This document shows, one piece after another, positions 1-10,498 of a DNA stretch of 64,000 bases (position 1 is the first letter of the stretch; each line of letters starts with the position of its first letter). The DNA is from Blastocatellia bacterium (GTDB taxonomy: Bacteria > Acidobacteriota > Blastocatellia > UBA7656), in the NCBI GenBank assembly GCA_036277095.1, contig DASUNP010000067.1, positions 67,551 through 131,550 on the forward strand. Reading direction: 5' to 3'. The position numbers and the translations under genes were made by a program. The notes under the pieces are model-generated. The model ran no database searches and had not been told where the DNA came from. It worked only from the letters and a program-made list of their open reading frames with translations.

Positions 1-963
1 GGCCTCTAAATCCGCGCGGACCATCTCCGCGACCAGCTCTTGAAACGAACACTCCGGTTGCCAGCCCAGCTCTCTTTTTGCTTTTGCATAATCCCCTATG
101 AGCAGATCGACCTCGGCGGGGCGTATGAACCGCTCGTCAACCTTGACGTATTCGCTGTAATCGAGCCCGACCTCGGCAAACGCGAGCTCGCAAAAGTCGC
201 GGACGCTGTGACTCTCCCCGGTGGCGATCACATAATCATCGGGCGCGGGCTGTTGCAGCATGAGGTGCATAGCGCGAACGTAATCTACGGCATGGCCCCA
301 GTCCCGTCTCGCCTCTAAATTACCGAGCCGGAGCTCGGTTGCCAGACCCAGCTTTATGCGCGCGACGGTGCTGGTGATTTTGCGAGTCACGAACTCGTAA
401 CCACGCCGGCTCGATTCGTGGTTGAACAGTATGCCGCTCACGCAAAACATGTCGTAGGCTTCCCTGTAATTTCTCGTCAGGTGATAACCGGCAACTTTGC
501 TGATGCCATAGGGGCTTCTGGGATGGAACTCTGTCGTCTCGGTTTGCGGAGACTCATGAACTTTCCCGAACATCTCGCTCGACCCGGCGAAGTAGAACTT
601 GCAGTTCGGTCGGAGCTCGCGCAACGCGGCCAGCATGAAATGTGTCCCGTTGATGTTCGCGTTCATGGTCGAAAACCCGTCGGCAAAACTTTCGGCCACG
701 AAGCTCTGCGCCGCCAGGTGATAGCACTCGTCAAAATCATGCCGGCTGACGACGTGAAAGATGCTGGCGTAACTCTCCAGGTTCGCCGGGTGAAGCGTCA
801 CCCGGTCGAGCAGATGGGCGATTCGCCCGAACCTCCGCTCGGGGTCTTCCATCGCTACGCGGCGCACAAGCCCGTGCACCTCGTAGCCTAAGCCGAGCAG
901 ATGCTCCGCAAGGTAGCTGCCATCTTGTCCTGTAATTCCCGTGATAAGCGCTTTCTTGCTCAT
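1..963 (-). CDS. gmd: GDP-mannose 4,6-dehydratase, partial (C-terminus runs off the window start). The ORF track omits it because it is incomplete.
   Basis: Reverse complement of 901-963 gives [22 protein letters not shown] (classic GMD N-terminus). Reverse complement of 1-72 gives ELGWQPECSFQELVAEMVRADLEA (GMD C-terminal region) in the same frame. The plus-strand ORFs 40-318 and 418-891 are antisense shadows. Confidence 0.8.
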   Translation of the reverse strand, partial: MSKKALITGITGQDGSYLAEHLLGLGYEVHGLVRRVAMEDPERRFGRIAHLLDRVTLHPANLESYASIFHVVSRHDFDECYHLAAQSFVAESFADGFSTMNANINGTHFMLAALRELRPNCKFYFAGSSEMFGKVHESPQTETTEFHPRSPYGISKVAGYHLTRNYREAYDMFCVSGILFNHESSRRGYEFVTRKITSTVARIKLGLATELRLGNLEARRDWGHAVDYVRAMHLMLQQPAPDDYVIATGESHSVRDFCELAFAEVGLDYSEYVKVDERFIRPAEVDLLIGDYAKAKRELGWQPECSFQELVAEMVRADLEA

Positions 964-980
964 GATCTTTCTCCAGGGCG

Positions 981-2213
981 CTACTGTAATATTTCGCTAT
1001 AAAGCCCGGCCATCTTTCGAGCGTATTCGGCCCAACTGAATCGCGCGGCCTGCATTAATCCCGCAGCCTTGCGCTCGCCCCACTTATCAGGGCGCTCGGC
1101 CCGCTCGCAAAGCGACCCTATGACCGCCTTGCGCCAGGCTTCGACATCGCCCACAGGGCAAAACAGGGCCGCCTCTCCGCCGACTTCCCTGAGCACGGCC
1201 AGGTCGCTTGCGATCACAGGAGCGCCGCAGGCCATAGCCTCTACGACGGGCAGACCGAATCCTTCGCCTTCCGACGGCTGCAATACGAGAGCCGCGCGCC
1301 TGTATACGGCCGCAAGGACCGCTCTATCGATGAAAGGCAGGACTTTGATAGAGCGGCTAAGGTCGAGCTTTTCAACCATCTTCTCTTGTTCAGCGGTGAA
1401 CTGGCCGCCGACACGAATCAGCCGGGCTTGCGGAAACTCTTTTACGACCAGCGCGAAAACCTCCAGCAACGTGTCTATCCGCTTTCGCTTGATGACGCTC
1501 CCGACGTGAAGAATATCGATCGCCCCGTCACCGATCGGGCCAAGCAACCGCTCGGCCCCCGCATCGCCCGGAGGGTCGGGATCAATCGAGCAAGACGGGT
1601 GGACGCCGTTCGCAACGACGGTGAGGCGGTCGGGCGGCACGACCGAATACTTGACCAGCTCGTCGCGCGTCGCCCGGCTATCGCAGGTTATCAGCGCGGC
1701 CTTGCGAAAGCCGTCGAGTATCCGCTTAGTCATCGCTTTGAACGCCCTTCCCCGGCGGTCGCGCGAAGGATCGAGCAGACAGCGGAAAGCGTCGAGGTCG
1801 TGACAGGTAATTATAGTCCGCTCGCCCGGTAGTTCGAGCGCAAGATGCGCGTAGCTGTGATCGATGATGTGAAAGATGTCGAACTGGTCCCTTTTCTCTC
1901 TCAGCAATCGCGGGTAATGCCAGAAGCGATTAATCAACCGGTCGGCGTTGAAACCGACGCGCACGCCGCCGAGCTTCGGGATGTGGCCGAACCATTGCGC
2001 CATGCGAGGCTGGACCCTCGCGACTGAAAGCTCTTTCGAATAATCGTTACGAAGATTCTTTAAGAGCATGTCTGCGACCAGGTCCATGCTGGGCCATCTC
2101 TCTTCGATCAAGTCGCAGATCACCCCCACGCGCCGGAGCGCACCATCTTTAGGCCCATCTATCACGAGGTCGCGGCCTAAATCTTTTCTGTTAGCAATGT
2201 CCGTCTCGACCAT
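981..2213 (-). CDS. GT4 family glycosyltransferase
   Basis: 410 aa; C-terminal EGFGLPVVEAMACGAPVIASD motif (GT4/GT-B E-x7-E region). Confidence 0.8.
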   Translation of the reverse strand: MVETDIANRKDLGRDLVIDGPKDGALRRVGVICDLIEERWPSMDLVADMLLKNLRNDYSKELSVARVQPRMAQWFGHIPKLGGVRVGFNADRLINRFWHYPRLLREKRDQFDIFHIIDHSYAHLALELPGERTIITCHDLDAFRCLLDPSRDRRGRAFKAMTKRILDGFRKAALITCDSRATRDELVKYSVVPPDRLTVVANGVHPSCSIDPDPPGDAGAERLLGPIGDGAIDILHVGSVIKRKRIDTLLEVFALVVKEFPQARLIRVGGQFTAEQEKMVEKLDLSRSIKVLPFIDRAVLAAVYRRAALVLQPSEGEGFGLPVVEAMACGAPVIASDLAVLREVGGEAALFCPVGDVEAWRKAVIGSLCERAERPDKWGERKAAGLMQAARFSWAEYARKMAGLYSEILQ

Positions 2214-2987
2214 CTATTTTTTGCGCGCTATAAACCACACCTGGCTCGCCATTTGTGGCGGCAGCCATGTGATGGGCGAGCTGAGTGTGGCTTCGACGTG
2301 AAACCTCTCGGAAAGAATTTCGCGCAATACTTTCCAGTTAAACCCCTTGTGATCGTGAAAAGCATGTTCGTCGTCGCCTTTGTAAATCGGGCGCGCGATG
2401 TGCTGACGCTTTCCCGGAAACAGGCTCGCGCAGTATTCCCTCAGCGTGTAAGCGCTCGTGTATTTGTAGTCGCCGAGCCCGCGCCATCCCGCGATCCTGC
2501 GCGCAGCCTGTTTGACGAGCAGCGGCATACCCGTTTCCACAGGGACGCTTATCAAAAGCTTCCCTTCGGGTTTAAGCGATCCGGCGAGAGACTCAAGCAC
2601 CGGGGCGAGTTGAACTACATGTTCGAGGACTTCCATGCAGAATACCGCATCGTAGGCTTCTCTGTGCGCCGGGGCTTGTAAATCGGCGACCGGCGCAAAG
2701 TCGAGGCCCGGCACGTCGCCGAACCGCTTGAGACAATCGTCGATTAATTCGGAATGTACTTCCGCCCCTACGGCTTCGCCCGGGGGCGCATCGCCAGCCA
2801 TTAGCATTGCCAGGAATGTCCCATCGCCGCATCCGTAATCGAGTATGCGCTGTCCGGCAAACTGCCGAGCCAGGCGCAGGCCGATTTGAAACCGGCTGTT
2901 GTGACTCCACGAAATCAGCCAGTCCTTACAGAATATTTGCTTCTTTGCGTAGTGCCCTTCTTCGAGGGCGTCGTTTACGTTGGGCAT
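2214..2987 (-). CDS. class I SAM-dependent methyltransferase
   Basis: 257 aa; RILDYGCGDGTFL glycine-rich SAM motif I; stop/start abuts the upstream GT. Confidence 0.75.
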   Translation of the reverse strand: MPNVNDALEEGHYAKKQIFCKDWLISWSHNSRFQIGLRLARQFAGQRILDYGCGDGTFLAMLMAGDAPPGEAVGAEVHSELIDDCLKRFGDVPGLDFAPVADLQAPAHREAYDAVFCMEVLEHVVQLAPVLESLAGSLKPEGKLLISVPVETGMPLLVKQAARRIAGWRGLGDYKYTSAYTLREYCASLFPGKRQHIARPIYKGDDEHAFHDHKGFNWKVLREILSERFHVEATLSSPITWLPPQMASQVWFIARKK

Positions 2988-2997
2988 GTTAATAAAG

Positions 2998-4182
2998 CTA
3001 TTGTGACATGCTCAAAAGCTCGTCAAAAAAGGCGAGGTGTTTTTTCGCGACGACGGGCCATCCGTAGGTCGAGCGGGCGCGATCAAGCCCCCTGCGCGCA
3101 AGCTCCGCGCGGCGCGAGCCGTCATCGATCAATTCTTCGATGGCGCGCGCCCATTCCCGCTCGTCCGATTCGCTGACGACGACGCCGGAATCCCCCACGA
3201 CGTATGGGATCTCGCCGCTGTCGCTCGCCACGACGGGCACGCCGCAGGCGAAAGCTTCGATCAACATCCTCCCCAACTGCTCGCGCCATCGCGGCGTTGT
3301 TTGACTGGGCGCGCACAACAGGTCCATAGCGTTGATGTAAGCCGGGACTTGATCGTGCTTAACGCCTGATACTACGCGGACCCTTTCGCCGTGTCTTGAG
3401 GCCCAGTCTCGCAGGTATCGCTCAAGCGGCCCCGCCCCGACAAAGAGCGCACGCCACGGCGCACAAACGCGATCGAGCGCGCGCGTCAGTATGTGCAATC
3501 CCTTCTCGGAAACGAAGCGACCCAGATAACCCACTACGGGCGGCCCCGCCTCGTCCCAGCCGAGCCGTGTGCGTATCTCGCTTCGGGCTTTCGTGTCGGG
3601 GTAGAAGCGAGCGAGGTCGACGCCCGGCGGGATGACGCGCCGCGCCTTGCTCAGGTAGCAGCGGCGGCTGGTCAAGGTCTGCTCTATCGTCTCCCCGAAT
3701 GCTATCCACCCCGAAGCGCGGCTCATAGAATACCGCTCGATCCAGTTGAAAGGCGGCGGGTAGCTCTTAGCGATATTTTGAAACGTCGCGTAGACCAGTA
3801 TTGCCTTAGCCGGCGACCACCGTGCGACCTGCCCTCCTGCGAATATGAAAGGCTCTTCCCAGCAATGGACGACGTCCCAGTCGTCATCGAGTATCGCGCG
3901 CAACTGCCGCCCGTAAAGCATCGCGTGTATGCGGCGGCTGAAACGCACGGGGACGACTTTGAGCCGAGAGGCTTCGCCGGGAAAAGTCTCCAGGCGAACG
4001 GGCCGAAGGTCGCCGTAAAAAAATGACGGGGCGACGGCTGTGACCTCCCAGTCGTCGCCGCCTGCTAAGGCCATCTCGTGCGCGAGCCTCCGGTTGAGCG
4101 CCACGCAGTAAGAATGCGCTATCGAAATTAGCCGCCGCTTTCTGCCCATAGGAACGTAGTGAGAATTGAGGGAATCATTCAA
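2998..4182 (-). CDS. GT4 family glycosyltransferase
   Basis: 394 aa; EAFACGVPVVASDSGEIPYVV motif. Confidence 0.8.
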   Translation of the reverse strand: MNDSLNSHYVPMGRKRRLISIAHSYCVALNRRLAHEMALAGGDDWEVTAVAPSFFYGDLRPVRLETFPGEASRLKVVPVRFSRRIHAMLYGRQLRAILDDDWDVVHCWEEPFIFAGGQVARWSPAKAILVYATFQNIAKSYPPPFNWIERYSMSRASGWIAFGETIEQTLTSRRCYLSKARRVIPPGVDLARFYPDTKARSEIRTRLGWDEAGPPVVGYLGRFVSEKGLHILTRALDRVCAPWRALFVGAGPLERYLRDWASRHGERVRVVSGVKHDQVPAYINAMDLLCAPSQTTPRWREQLGRMLIEAFACGVPVVASDSGEIPYVVGDSGVVVSESDEREWARAIEELIDDGSRRAELARRGLDRARSTYGWPVVAKKHLAFFDELLSMSQ

Positions 4183-4234
4183 AGTCGAGGTGCGCTGATA
4201 TTACTCACGGCGTTCCATGTTCACCAAATCACTG

Positions 4235-5047
4235 CTAGCAGACCTCTTTACGCCGTGCGTAAAGTAGCCCTAACTTGTCATGATCTCGCTTGCTGGGGCG
4301 TACCTGACAGACAAAGCCAGATGCCTCTAAAACGCTCTTGCATCGTGTTAGCGCGCCCGCACAAAGGTAGTCATGATATTCGAGGGCTACGCACTTAATC
4401 TTGCTTAGAGTCGAGTGCGTGGCCCCTTCTAGCAGGTCGGCTTCAGCCCCTTCGATATCGATCTTAAGCAATTCAACTGCTTGTCCAATCCGATCCACAA
4501 CTTCATTCAGATCGATCATCGGCACGGTAATCGAACCTTCTTCGTCTGAAAGAGCGGTTGTCCCATAGCCTGAAGCAATCACGCTAGGCACGTTTGTCCA
4601 CATTCTGAAATCAGAACGTACGCGCCCAACCGCTTCGTCGTATATCCTCACCCTATCTTTTTTGCCATTGACGATAATGTTATGGCGCAAGGTCTCATTA
4701 GTCTTGGGATTTGGCTCGTAAGCATGAATAAAAAGCTTGTCTGATTTCTTAGTACAATAGAGGGTAAATGCTCCGATATTAGCGCCGATATCAAGCACCA
4801 CGCCTTCTCTTGGAAAATCAAAGTGTTGGCTATAACACTCGTCCGCGAAAATTTCGAGCACCAGTGCTACCGGGCCATCAGCGATTGTATGGTGCAAATT
4901 TAGTCCGCAACGCAGTTGTAGTGTCGGCAAAGGGGCGTTTGAAAAATAAGGACGCCAAATCTCTTTCCAATTAACAAACCACTTCATCATTCTGAGTAGA
5001 ACCCAGTAGGAACGTAGTTTCTCAGTTATTTTGTTTGCAGGCATCAT
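4235..5047 (-). CDS. FkbM-family methyltransferase
   Basis: 270 aa; VLDIGANIGAFTLYC ... YEPNP motifs typical of Methyltransf_21/FkbM. Confidence 0.75.
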   Translation of the reverse strand: MMPANKITEKLRSYWVLLRMMKWFVNWKEIWRPYFSNAPLPTLQLRCGLNLHHTIADGPVALVLEIFADECYSQHFDFPREGVVLDIGANIGAFTLYCTKKSDKLFIHAYEPNPKTNETLRHNIIVNGKKDRVRIYDEAVGRVRSDFRMWTNVPSVIASGYGTTALSDEEGSITVPMIDLNEVVDRIGQAVELLKIDIEGAEADLLEGATHSTLSKIKCVALEYHDYLCAGALTRCKSVLEASGFVCQVRPSKRDHDKLGLLYARRKEVC

Positions 5048-5976
5048 AAGGTATCGCGCCTTTGATTATATTGTGGCCAGGTCTTCTTAATACTTCTCCA
5101 CTGCCTGAATGTGGCCCACCTGATGGGATGCCGCTCTCGCCATACTTCAGGTAGAGATGAAAATATCTCTCTTATAATCCAGCTCAATCCTCCCGAATCT
5201 TGAGTCTGCGACTGTCTTACCATCCGCAAGTAAGCATAAATGCGAAATGGTATGCTCAATATCATTATCGGCAGGGGCTCGTTATAGATCGCACCCAAAC
5301 AATCATTGCGTATTGCATGCCTGATATATTTCTGCTGACTGCGGCCCGAAGGGTCCGGCAGATGGCTGACAAGGGCATCCGGCAGGTACACGACCTTATG
5401 GCCCGCGTCGAGGAGCCTTATACAGAACTCTTTCTCCTCGCCGTAATAATGGAATAGACTGCGATAACCTCCCAGGGATAAGAAGACATCCTTACGCAGC
5501 AGGGTCGCAAACCCGATGAATGCGGCGACGTAGCAAGGATATTTCATAGGAGAAGGCTGCATAGACATTGGCCAGGGATTACCGTCAGCTTCGGCCTGCG
5601 CAAAAGCGACGGCAGCCACGCTCTCATCCTTTTGAATAATTTCGACTGCCTGTTTAATACCTTTCGGCTCGATAATGACGGCATCATCATCAAGGCTCAG
5701 GATAAGGTTTGCCGCAGCCGTTTTAGCTATTGTATTTCTTGCTACGATAGGGCCGTAGTTTTGATCGTGCCTTATCACTTTGATCGACGGCTTAAAGTTT
5801 TCGCCGATCTCTTTTCTTAAAGGCTCCTCGACCGGGTGATCCGAGCAGTCATCCACAATAATAATTTCATGTACAAAGTCAGATATGATGTTTATCGAAC
5901 GGACACACCTGACAAGTGAGTTAAGCCTGTTACGCGTTGTGATTCCCACAGTCAACTTAGAAAGAGCGGGTTGCAT
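5044..5976 (-). CDS. GT2 family glycosyltransferase
   Basis: 310 aa; N-terminal TVGITTRNR ... IIVDDCSDHP (GT-A DxD region); 4-bp overlap with the downstream gene. Confidence 0.75.
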   Translation of the reverse strand: MQPALSKLTVGITTRNRLNSLVRCVRSINIISDFVHEIIIVDDCSDHPVEEPLRKEIGENFKPSIKVIRHDQNYGPIVARNTIAKTAAANLILSLDDDAVIIEPKGIKQAVEIIQKDESVAAVAFAQAEADGNPWPMSMQPSPMKYPCYVAAFIGFATLLRKDVFLSLGGYRSLFHYYGEEKEFCIRLLDAGHKVVYLPDALVSHLPDPSGRSQQKYIRHAIRNDCLGAIYNEPLPIMILSIPFRIYAYLRMVRQSQTQDSGGLSWIIREIFSSLPEVWRERHPIRWATFRQWRSIKKTWPQYNQRRDTL

Positions 5977-5990
5977 AGTTCTTCAGCGCC

Positions 5991-7124
5991 TTATCCTTTA
6001 GCCCCTGTGTAAATCGCGAGAGTCCGTACGGCAGTTTTTCTCCAGGTCATATCGCGAACGATCTGAAAAGCGTTATCCGCAAGCCGCAAACACATATCCC
6101 GGTCTTCAAGCAATTGCACGATTGCATCGGCAAGGGCTCGCGCGTCGCGCGCGGCCACGACCAGCCCCGTCTGGTTGTCGCGGACGAGCGAAGCGGCGCA
6201 GCCGACGGGCGTCGCGACGACCGGCAGTCGCTGGCTCATCGCTTCGATCACCACCATGCCGAACCCTTCGTATGTTGAGCAGAAGACCAGCGCGTCATGC
6301 CGGCGGTAATGGCGCATGACTTCCTCTTCGGGAGCGCGCGGAGCTACCGTTATCAACTGCTGCAAATGGTCCGGGAACGAAGACCGTATAATGCTTTCCG
6401 AAACGCCGCCGCCCAGTATCGTCAGGTTGAATCGCGCGCCGCGCTTGAATAGCAGGTCAAAGCCCGCGACAAGGTAATCGATTCCTTTGACTCGGTCCCA
6501 CGTGCCGCAAAAAAGTATGCCGCCGCCGCGCGGCTCGTCCGGCGCGGGCGACTCGTCTAGGAAGCGACTCGATACGGCGTGCGGTACTATTTCGATGTCA
6601 CCGGGCGATTTCCATTTCCGCCTGACAGCAAATTCGCGGTCGCCCTCGTTGAGCAGCAACAGTTTGTCGGCGAGCCTCGCGGCGGCTTCGACCTGCGACA
6701 ATCGCGCCGCCGGGTACCATATCCTGCGCGTCCACGGTTTTCGCAAAAGCCCGGCCCGGTGATCGTCCAGCATCCTTTGATAATTCAGATGCTCCAGGCC
6801 GTTAGAACGGCTGATGAAGACTGTATCTTTGTACGCCCCCAGACGCCGCCGCGCCCCGAAGACGAAACCTTCTGCGCTCGCCACGTCGACCACGTCGTAA
6901 GGGCCGCGCTCGCCGAACCGCTTTGCAATCGCCCGCGCCGCCAGCAGTGGCCCGACCGCCTGGCGGACCTGGCGGTTCGCCGGGCGCGCGCCTATCTCTT
7001 TGCCGAACAGAATGTCGCACTCATGACCGAGCGCGTTATACTCTTCGCGCAGCTTATAAAGCACTTTCGCAGAACCGAGGAGCGCGTCGTCAGGGTAATC
7101 TCCGACAAGAAGAATTCGCATCAA
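5991..7124 (-). CDS. GT4 family glycosyltransferase
   Basis: 377 aa; EGFGMVVIEAMSQRLPVVATPVG motif. Confidence 0.8.
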   Translation of the reverse strand: MMRILLVGDYPDDALLGSAKVLYKLREEYNALGHECDILFGKEIGARPANRQVRQAVGPLLAARAIAKRFGERGPYDVVDVASAEGFVFGARRRLGAYKDTVFISRSNGLEHLNYQRMLDDHRAGLLRKPWTRRIWYPAARLSQVEAAARLADKLLLLNEGDREFAVRRKWKSPGDIEIVPHAVSSRFLDESPAPDEPRGGGILFCGTWDRVKGIDYLVAGFDLLFKRGARFNLTILGGGVSESIIRSSFPDHLQQLITVAPRAPEEEVMRHYRRHDALVFCSTYEGFGMVVIEAMSQRLPVVATPVGCAASLVRDNQTGLVVAARDARALADAIVQLLEDRDMCLRLADNAFQIVRDMTWRKTAVRTLAIYTGAKG

Positions 7125-7157
7125 GCGGCGTTCATACTATAAACCGGCGGTGCTCGT

Positions 7158-8000
7158 TCAATGCTCTACCGCGCTGAGAGCAAGATACCTTACTCTGGCT
7201 TTAAGGTTGCGACAGGCCTGTATAACCCTCTCCGAGCGCGACGGGCTCCACTTGAAAACCTCTCTCTGTAGCTCAACCTCTTCCTGCTCGCCAGCGTTGC
7301 GAGAACGCAATTCCGACACCTGCTCAAAGTATTTGACCCAGAGCGAAAAATAATAGGCGTCGAGAGCGGACAAAAATCGCGTGTATTGGGCGAAAGGGCT
7401 TTTCACCCATGCCTGCGTGTGATGCTCGTGGAGTATGTAGGGGTCGCGATTCAGCAAGATTGCATTTGCGTGGCATAGCAGGATGGCAGCATAAACGTTA
7501 TCCCACACGGGCTCGCCCGCAATATAAGGTCGGAAGCGCCAGTTGTTATCGATCCACCAGCGCGCCTCGACTATAAAAAAATCTATCCCCGCCAGAAGCA
7601 TTCCCAGCCTCTGGTCAGTCTCTCCGTCAAAGTCCATGCGAGAGAACAGATATGCCTGACTACGCCGGTCGATCGCGTAATCTATCGCACCATTTGAAAC
7701 GAGTATGTCCGAATTAAGGTAGCCGAAATAAGAGCAGCCGCGCTCGCGCGCCTGATTGGCGAGAACGTCGAACACTTCCGAGATTATAGGCTTCTGCGCG
7801 CCTTTCTTTCCTGTGACTTTGAGCGAATCGCTTTCAAGCTCACACAAGGTTTCAAAGCCTTCGGCCTCAATCGCGCCGGTCTTAAACTGTAGATTGACGA
7901 GGCAAACATTCTTTAGCTCGCGAAGCGATCTCAAGCAGTTCTCTTGTCTTCGCGCGGCATCGCCTTTCGGCGCATAGACGTTTACGCCTAATAGAATCAT
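7158..8000 (-). CDS. hypothetical protein in the polysaccharide cluster (possibly a GT-A-like transferase)
   Basis: 280-aa ORF in the same orientation and spacing as the cluster; no motif I can confidently assign. Confidence 0.4.
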   Translation of the reverse strand: MILLGVNVYAPKGDAARRQENCLRSLRELKNVCLVNLQFKTGAIEAEGFETLCELESDSLKVTGKKGAQKPIISEVFDVLANQARERGCSYFGYLNSDILVSNGAIDYAIDRRSQAYLFSRMDFDGETDQRLGMLLAGIDFFIVEARWWIDNNWRFRPYIAGEPVWDNVYAAILLCHANAILLNRDPYILHEHHTQAWVKSPFAQYTRFLSALDAYYFSLWVKYFEQVSELRSRNAGEQEEVELQREVFKWSPSRSERVIQACRNLKARVRYLALSAVEH

Positions 8001-8018
8001 CTTAATAGTCGCTGAAGT

Positions 8019-9230
8019 TTAAAAAGTCGACGAAAGAAGTTCCGGCTCGCAGCCCTGGCTCGCATCCTGCAATAACGTCTTAATAGAGTGGTCGAGCGAA
8101 AGCTCTCGCAGGTAAAGCTCTCGGCCCGCCCGCCCGGTTTTCTTCCTCAAGCTGCTGTCATCGAGCAATCTCAAGGCAAGCTGCACCATAGCCGCCTTAT
8201 CGTCTGCGGGCGCAAGCGGCACGGCATCGGCCCGCCCCCAGAACGATTCGGTGAGACGGCCTGAAGAGCTGATCGTAGCCGTTTCATTTAATAGCGCGGC
8301 CATCAATGATGTGCGGCGGCTGCTCGCCCCATCGGGATAGAACTGAATCGCGAGGTCGCAAACTTGCAAATAGAGCGACGTGTCGCGCTTCGAAAGAAAC
8401 CCTGCGGCCAGTAATCGGCCTTCAAGCTCGGGGCGCGCGGCTATAAAACTCTTGACGAACTCTTCTCCGTTTGCGCCGATGAATAACCCCACCACCTCGC
8501 TGCGCCTGCTGAAAAGCTCTGTGAAGATCTCTACGAGGCCCGGCCTTATGTGATCGCCGTAGGTTCCGAAATGGCCGACTATCAACCTGCTCGCGTCGCC
8601 GCGCGCGTATCTGTCGCGGACTGACCGAACCGCCTCATCATCTTCGACGCGCGGAATGGTCGAAGGAATCGGCAGCCAGATCATCTCCACGTCGCGCAGC
8701 AACGCGTATGGCCGCAGCATCTTTTCCCACGCCGGTATCGAGATATAGACGAGACGGCTGGCCGCAAGCAGCGCGGCGGCCATGACGCGGTTTACCGCCG
8801 CAAGCAGATTGCGCCTCAATCTTTGCCTGCCGAAATAAAAGAACGGCTCGTGAAACATCACGCGGATGTCGTCGCCTTTAAAGAGCCTGCGGCCAAGCAG
8901 CCAGAGGCAAAAAGGCAAGTTCAGCCCGCGCATTCCGAACGCGTTCGGGACGTACTGCACCAGCAGAGTGCGCGGCGATGGAAAGCCATCCAGAAGTCTT
9001 CCGAGCCTCCTTAAATCCGAAGCAGAGAAATCGCCCGCCACCCTGTGGACTTCAATCACGTCGCGCTTTAGCTCGTCGGTTTCATGCTCATCGCCTTTAT
9101 CTCCCGCGGACCAGACGTGAACCTTGCGGTCGCGCTTCGCAAGCCCGAAAGCAATCTGCTGGGTGTAATCGCTCACGCCGCCGCGCTCGGGCGGGTATTC
9201 GCCTGTGATGATGTGCCACGTAGTTGTCAC
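8019..9230 (-). CDS. glycosyltransferase (GT4-like)
   Basis: 403 aa; N-terminal ITGEYPPERGGVSDY motif typical of GT4 N-domains. Confidence 0.65.
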   Translation of the reverse strand: MTTTWHIITGEYPPERGGVSDYTQQIAFGLAKRDRKVHVWSAGDKGDEHETDELKRDVIEVHRVAGDFSASDLRRLGRLLDGFPSPRTLLVQYVPNAFGMRGLNLPFCLWLLGRRLFKGDDIRVMFHEPFFYFGRQRLRRNLLAAVNRVMAAALLAASRLVYISIPAWEKMLRPYALLRDVEMIWLPIPSTIPRVEDDEAVRSVRDRYARGDASRLIVGHFGTYGDHIRPGLVEIFTELFSRRSEVVGLFIGANGEEFVKSFIAARPELEGRLLAAGFLSKRDTSLYLQVCDLAIQFYPDGASSRRTSLMAALLNETATISSSGRLTESFWGRADAVPLAPADDKAAMVQLALRLLDDSSLRKKTGRAGRELYLRELSLDHSIKTLLQDASQGCEPELLSSTF

Positions 9231-9236
9231 GTAAAA

Positions 9237-10496
9237 CTATCGCTGCCCCGCCTGAAGCTCACCGGCCTGAAGCTCACTGGCCTCAAAGGTCGGCTCCTTA
9301 TTTGCGGCCCGCGCGAATACTCGTTCGAGCCTGTCAACATGTTTCTGTAGCGACATCTCAGCCGCGACCTTGCGCGCGCCGGCGCGCATAGCGTCGAGCG
9401 CGTCTTTATCAGAAAGCGCTTTAATCATTACGCGCGCCAGCGCGCCGGGCGTGGGCGGACCTGCCTCTGCGAGATAGCCGTTGTAACCGTCTCGCAGCCA
9501 TTCGCTGATGCCTCCGACATCGAATGCGATCGCAGGAATACCTGCAAAAGCGGCCTCCAGCCCGACCAGCCCGAATGGCTCGGGCCAGATGCTGGGCACT
9601 GCCAAAAGCGTCGCTTCGCTCAAAAGCTCGGAGTGTTTTTCGCCCGTAACCCAGCCCGTGAATTCCGCATTCACTCTTGATTGCGCGGCGAGCCTCTCCC
9701 ACGCATTGCGCTGCGGGCCGTCGCCCGCCATCACCAATCGAATATCTTGCCCCGTTTTTTCTACGGCCTCGGCCACCGCTCGAATCAATACGTCCCCGCC
9801 TTTGAGCGATGTCATCCTTCCCAAAAACAGGACCGTTTGCTGCTGCGCATCGGCTTTCGGCGGTCGCGCTTCACAAGGCAGGTTCGCGGGAAAGAGCGGA
9901 TTGACATGCAAGTGGTCTTCGGCCATGCCGTTGTTGACGTACTCTCGGCGCATGTGTTCGCTCGCGACGATGACGGCCGTATAGTCATTGAAAAGCTCTC
10001 TCTGGCTCACAGCCCATCTGTATTGGCCGAGCATCTTGCCGACGCTCATCTGGCCGCAACGGCGAGGGAAATAGAGGGCCATGCAAGAGAGTCCGAATTG
10101 TCTGTCGCACGGTTTCGGGCTTGGAAAAGAGAGCGTCTTTAGCCCGCTCACGCAACTGCCGAAATATCCATGCATCATCTTGATGACTGCCATCTGATTC
10201 AGCAAACGGCGCTCGATGTCGAGGCGATTCATGTTATGTGAGAAACAGAGATCGGCCTCCCACGATTTCACACCGGCCAGCGCGCGCTCTTCGCCCAGGT
10301 CGAGAATGCCGAAATAGCTTATCACTCTCTTTAGCTCGGGCGCGCGGCGGCTCTGTACAGGGTCGTGCTTTATGTGGTCGTAATGCAAGAATGCCAGTTC
10401 GTGCCCCCGCTCGATCAATTCCGGCATGACCGCATCGAGGTATGATTGGACGCCGCCCGCGTCTCCGATTCCGTCATTGGCAAACAGGATTCGCAT
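9237..10496 (-). CDS. GT4 family glycosyltransferase (start trimmed to the internal MRILFAND; the ORF track gives 10523)
   Basis: PEPFGLVGLEAAFAGIPAIAFDVGGISEW motif. The longer start would overlap the upstream FkbM gene by 25 bp. The MRILFAN... start is typical of GT4 enzymes. Confidence 0.75.
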   Translation of the reverse strand: MRILFANDGIGDAGGVQSYLDAVMPELIERGHELAFLHYDHIKHDPVQSRRAPELKRVISYFGILDLGEERALAGVKSWEADLCFSHNMNRLDIERRLLNQMAVIKMMHGYFGSCVSGLKTLSFPSPKPCDRQFGLSCMALYFPRRCGQMSVGKMLGQYRWAVSQRELFNDYTAVIVASEHMRREYVNNGMAEDHLHVNPLFPANLPCEARPPKADAQQQTVLFLGRMTSLKGGDVLIRAVAEAVEKTGQDIRLVMAGDGPQRNAWERLAAQSRVNAEFTGWVTGEKHSELLSEATLLAVPSIWPEPFGLVGLEAAFAGIPAIAFDVGGISEWLRDGYNGYLAEAGPPTPGALARVMIKALSDKDALDAMRAGARKVAAEMSLQKHVDRLERVFARAANKEPTFEASELQAGELQAGQR

Positions 10497-10498
10497 GA

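Noticed and set aside
40-891. Plus-strand ORFs 40-318 and 418-891 (and similar ones such as 1069-1509, 1386-1832, 2253-2681 and 3037-3369)
   Set aside because: They lie antisense to well-supported minus-strand genes (gmd, GT4, methyltransferases). They are Arg/Ala-rich and have no motifs. They are typical shadow ORFs of high-GC DNA.
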